Shown here one piece after another: positions 56,500-64,000 of a stretch of DNA of 64,000 nt. The first letter of the stretch is position 1, and the number at the start of each line of letters is the position of its first letter. A model generated the notes under the pieces. That model was not told the origin of the DNA. It saw nothing but the letters and a program-made list of their open reading frames with translations, and did no database searches. The translations under genes were made by a program, and so were the position numbers. This DNA is from the human T2T-CHM13v2.0 reference genome, Homo sapiens: assembly GCF_009914755.1 (NCBI RefSeq), contig NC_060941.1. One strand, written 5' to 3'.

Positions 56500-56680
56500 T
56501 TTAATCTCCTCCTTTTATAAGGACACCCATGATATTGGATTAGAGCCCACCCTAATAACTTCATATTAACTTAATTACCTCTTAAAAGGCCCCATCTCCA
56601 CAGGCAGTCACATTCTGAAGTTACTAGGGCTTAGGACTTCAACATGTAAATTTTGGGGAGAAACAATTCAGCCCATTACA
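56240..56680 (-). mobile_element. MLT1B/C solo LTR containing (TG)n at ~56469-56497
   Basis: ggtggcttaaacaacagaaatttattttctcatggttctggaggctagaagt...caattcagcccattaca. Confidence 0.85.
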
Positions 56681-57010
56681 AGCCTGATGCCATGTATGAT
56701 ACGACATGAGATTTTCTCTCCTCCAGCTTCCAAACCTATACACATACTAATGCATCTGTCTTTTTAGTTCCTGTCTGTGTTCCTCAGCCCTAATTCTTTG
56801 AAACACACCCTTCCACCATCCCATTACTAGGCTTATTTTTTGCACATAAAATGTCTTCAAAGATGCAACATTACAATTCATACTACACAGTTATTATTAA
56901 TTGTGCACTTTCAGAGAACTTTCCCTGAAATAAAATTCATTTGTGATATAAAAATAATAAAATAATCCTATTCTACATGTCTTAATTAAAAATAAAAATA
57001 TGTGCAACAT

Positions 57011-57375
57011 CATATACACCATGGAATACTATGCAGCCATAAAAAAGGATGAGTTCATGTCCTTTGTAGGGACATGGATGAAGCTGGAAACCATCATTCT
57101 CAGCAAACTATCTCAAAGACAAAAAAACAAACACTGCATATTCTCACTCATAGGTGGAAACTGGACAATGAGAACACTTGGACACAGGAAGGGGAACATC
57201 ACAGACCGGGGCCTGTCGTGGGGTCGGGGGAGGGGGAGGGATAGCATTAGGAGATATACCTAATGTAAATAAGGAGTTAATGTGTGCAGCACACCAACAT
57301 GGCACATGTATACGTATGTAACAAACCTGCACGTTGCGCACATGTACCCTAAAACTTAAAGTATAATTTAAAAAA
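57011..57375 (+). mobile_element. Young L1PA (PA4/5-like) 3' fragment
   Basis: ORF2 end (YTMEYYAAIKKDEFMSF...) and 3'UTR with G-tract; TSD ATGTGCAACAT at 57000-57010 and 57376-57386. Confidence 0.93.
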
Positions 57376-57383
57376 ATGTGCAA

Positions 57384-59933
<2,550 letters not shown>

Positions 59934-61729
59934 TATTCAATTTCTAAACATAGAAAGAATAAAGAATCTTACACATCTTTATATTTTCAGAATTAGTGCT
60001 TGTGCTCATGGAATTTCTTATCACCAATTTGGGTGGTCATTTAAGTCCTAAGTGTTAACGGGTCCACCTCAAAACCCAGTGGGAGATAAAGACCAGTGAC
60101 ATAGGCTTTGACTATATGGACATCGGAAGGCTGCCTGTTCAGTCTGTGCTCTTCACAGAAAAACATCACAGCAAATTTGCTTTAAATAATGTGCTACACA
60201 AGATTCAAGACATACCTGGTACATTGAATGCTTTAAGAATATTTAGCTCATGAGTATATTTTGAGTATATTTTGTTCTATGCATTTTTGTATCCACTGGA
60301 AGTAAATCTTTAACATAAAGAAAACAAAGTTTCCTAAAATGATTACCATCTGTTTTGACCTATATTGTTTCCAGAAGTATAATGCAGGCATGTGTTAAAG
60401 CTACCTCGTGATAGCATGAGGGTTAGGGTGAGGGTCACAACACTTAATATGGGTTGTCACCAGGAAGCTGCTTCTCCCCATCAGAACTGTAGTGTCCTTC
60501 TCTCTACGGTGTGTTGTCAGACAACATCTAGGTCAAACAAAGTCACTCTGCAACCTACCTTGCTCCTGATACCCTGTGAAATGTCCACAAAAGTCATGCA
60601 TAATAATGATCCTGGAATTTGTATCTATTTAAATTAGTACAAAGGTGATAAAAAGCACTATTTATTTATTTATGTATTTATTTTTCAGGAAAAAAATGCA
60701 TGAAACCCAATGGAGGGAAGGTGAGGATATGATTCTGCCTTCTACCTTAGGCCACAATGCCAAATGGATCAGAAGAGCAGCATGAAAATGGTACTTTAGA
60801 ACCTTGAAAACAAAATCTGAGCAAAAGCCAGGATCTTTTCAGACTTTGCAAAAATTAAATTTTTTGTTATCTTTTGTTGATGTTGGTTGGTCAAACTTTT
60901 GACAGGTGGAGAGAGCACATCTTTTTTAAATGACTCAATATTTTGGATTTGGAAGAAGTAAGCACCAATGAGATGAGTTTTGTCTTACGATGACTTGGCA
61001 TTTACTGTAATTCTTAGGTGACATTTTGGAATACAAACTTTTGAGGGTCTTCCCGGGACTTCAGTTTTTCAATAAGATGGTCCTTTGCTTCCTCCCCTGG
61101 GCAGGGTCACATTTTATCTTAGAAAACTCTTTCAGGAAGTTAAATCCATCTCCAGGGTCTTTGATTTTAAGCAACATAAATATATCCAACCTTTCTTAAA
61201 AGGAGATCAACTATACGGAAATGGGAATTGTACTGCCCGTGAGTGCGGAATATGCCCTCCGAAGTCACAGGCTCGGAACAAGAGTCTGAGGGTAAACTAG
61301 AAATTTGCCTCTCTCAGCTCCTCTGTCCACAAAGCTTGAGCCCTGTGTCCTCGTGGTCTCCTCATGGATACTTCAAAAGTTGTCACTGAAAAGTCATTCA
61401 CAAGCATGATTCCAAAGAATTCCATGGCTGCAAAAAATAGTGACTCCCTCACCAGATTGTCATAGGGACAAAAGGAGTTGGCTTGTCATCCCAACAGTCA
61501 ACACATCATTGAAGCAAAACCAGATTTTAAAGAAGCAAATGACAAGTGAAAACAAGATCAAGAAGCTCTGCTGAACCAATAGGAAATTGCTTCTAAAGGC
61601 TTTTCAAATCAGATATAACAACACTTGAATTTTATCACTGTCTACCTGCCTGGACCAGCTGGCAGGCTGGCTACAAATAGGCGAAGGCATGCTGGAGAAA
61701 GGAAAAAGATAAGAGTAACCCACAAGCTT

Positions 61730-62290
61730 ACAAAACTGCGCCCTATCTACATGGTAATTAAAAACTGTACGTTTTGATGGCAGATTTCTGGATGACAGCA
61801 TTGCAAAAAGTAAATGATCCAAATGTGCACACTTTCCAGCAGAATTCCAGATTTGGAACTTGATCCAAAGGAAATAAATAGAGAAGTGAGTAAATATTTA
61901 GCTGAAATAATTTACACCGCAGCATTCTTTATGAGTAAAAAAATTGAAAGCAATTTAAATGACCCTCAGCATAGGCTAAACACGGAATGGGTAAATTCCA
62001 TGTAGCCATTAAAAATGATGCTGGAGAAATATTTCCTTCACATGAACAGATGTTCGCAATGTCTATTAAGTGAAAAAAATAAGTTATAAAATAACATGTT
62101 CAATGTGATTCCATTCTTGTCTGAAAATATATGTGCAATTGTATATGCAGAGGGAAAAATACCTTGGAGGTAAGTGGTCACATTGTTTATATCTGGATGG
62201 TGGAATACAGGGACTTTACTACTTTCTTATTTGTGTTTACTACTTTTTTTTTTTTTGTAATGAGCTTGTAAAACTGTAAGAAGGTTAAAT
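61730..62290 (+). mobile_element. Old L1ME 3' fragment
   Basis: tgtagccattaaaaatgat...tattaagtgaaaaaaataagtt..aaataaca...tgattccatt L1ME 3' motifs. Confidence 0.7.
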
Positions 62291-62519
62291 GAAAAAGGAA
62301 TGCAGTGAAACTTCTTATAAGTAAAAGAATCCTTTCACAATGCAAATAATTATACCCTCCCTTTCTTCAGGTGGGCATTGGCACCTGTTCCTTCCGAGGT
62401 TCTCTTGCAGAGGGAGAGCCAGCACTTTTCTTAGCTTCCAGTAGAGGTTGTTACCGCAGTCTTTAACCAAGAAGAGCTAAATGTTTTCCAAGTGGATTTT
62501 GTGTTTCTGACCACTGCTG

Positions 62520-62690
62520 ACCAATTATAGGATGTGGGCCATGTAATAACCTCGCCAAGCCTCAGTTCCTCATCTAGAATATGGGAATAATTACCATTCT
62601 GTCTTGAAGGATGGCTGTGAGAATTTTAATAGACACAAGCAAAATGTTTGGCTCTTTGTAGCTGCTCCATAAACAGTGGCAGTCACCACT
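62520..62690 (+). mobile_element. MIR SINE
   Basis: aagcctcagttcctcatctagaatatgggaataat MIR core. Confidence 0.7.
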
Positions 62691-64000
62691 ATTATCCTCA
62701 ATTCTAAGATAAATAAGCCACAGTCCCTGCCCTTACAGAGGTGACAGGAAAGTGAGAAACACTTCTTTCCCAAATTACACAGCCTCTTTTCATTGATTCA
62801 GTTATTGGGAACACAGTTTGGGAGTTTCTATTTTCTTATTTTGTAAAAGTTTGAGCTTCCATTTGAGTGTGCCCAGGGAAAGGCCATCAACTCATTGCAG
62901 CTTGGGCTGGCTGCGTTCTGTAGTGGGGCAAGCAGGGCCCCACGTGAGCGGAGACCCCATTGAGCTCCAGTGGAGGACAAGTATTTGACAGCTTTCTGTT
63001 CCCCAGCCATCAATGTCTGCCCTGCCTGGTTGTATTTCTTATGAATACTCCTAGACCCTGAAAAGACTACATTGGAAAAAATTCTTTATAGGTCACTACT
63101 TCTATTTTTGACAGGTGAACTTTCATTGACCTCCATGAAAATCTGCCTCTGTAAGCCAGGCTAATGCTGCATTCTGCAAAAAAACAAATAAAAAGAATTG
63201 TTTCATTAACTGGGCTGAAAGAGGTATCACCCTAATTCTTGACGTGCTAATGATTGCTGGTTCTTGAAGGTGCTAATTTTGAGACTCCAGTGTGGAGAAT
63301 GTGTTCATTTCCCCAGAGGTTCAGCATTAGCCTTTTTTTTTTTCTTTTTTCTTTACCTAATCCTGATATTAGTTCACATTTGGACTTTGGCCCGAATAAA
63401 TACATTAGAAATATATGCATTTTAAATAAATGCATGTTTGATATTTCCCCTCAAACTTTATTATCAAGCGTATTTGCACAAAATAGGATGTTTGATCTTA
63501 AAAATGGCATCCCGTCTTTCATGGGAGAATGGCTGTGGAATGAATAGCTTTTATCATATGTCTAAAGGCCTTTTTATTTCAGTGGGAATTGGGCTTTTAC
63601 TTATAGTGTGTGCTGATCTTCATTGCTAATGCTTCCCCATTTGAAAAAAAAAAATCTTTCATTCTTTAGTTGTTTTAATGCAAAAGAGAAAAAGAAGATA
63701 TGTAAATATGGACCTTTAAAAAAAAATCCTTGGGCACATTGAGGATGCATTGAGTTGCACTTTCTCAGTGGGAATCACTGGTATATCACACCTCTAATTG
63801 TTAAGCACCTACTTTTCCAAAAGCAGCCAGTTGCTTAAAGTTCCTTTTATAAAAAACTGTTTCCTAACAAGGGAGTGGAGGTAGGCTAACAGTTGGGGGA
63901 TGGTTAGTGAGACTGGGAGCTTCAGAGCTTCTCTTCTCTGAATGCAGAAGGAAGGATTTTTGACAGGTAAAAGTAAAGAAGAGCAAAGGTAGAAGGGACA

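Overview
Primate (almost certainly human or great-ape) AT-rich intergenic/intronic DNA dominated by interspersed repeats: Alu, L1 of several ages, L2, MIR, MaLR/ERV LTRs, hAT MITEs and microsatellites. I see no spliced protein-coding exon, RNA gene or CpG-island promoter. The only gene-like element is a full-length processed (retro) copy of ribosomal protein S18 on the minus strand (~41000-41548), with 5' TOP leader, uninterrupted 152-codon ORF, AATAAA, poly(A) and a 19-bp TSD. A co-oriented ERV1 solo LTR with a TATA box, two STAT/GAS motifs and an apparently disabled poly(A) signal lies ~2.65 kb upstream of it. The window also records several mechanistic fossils: a twin-primed (5'-inverted) L1PA, a probable L1 3' transduction, and five templated/fold-back insertions inside L1 copies, one copied from unique DNA 2.8 kb away. 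Repeat subfamily names come from recalled consensus features, and boundaries without a stated TSD are approximate; RepeatMasker/Dfam should confirm them.
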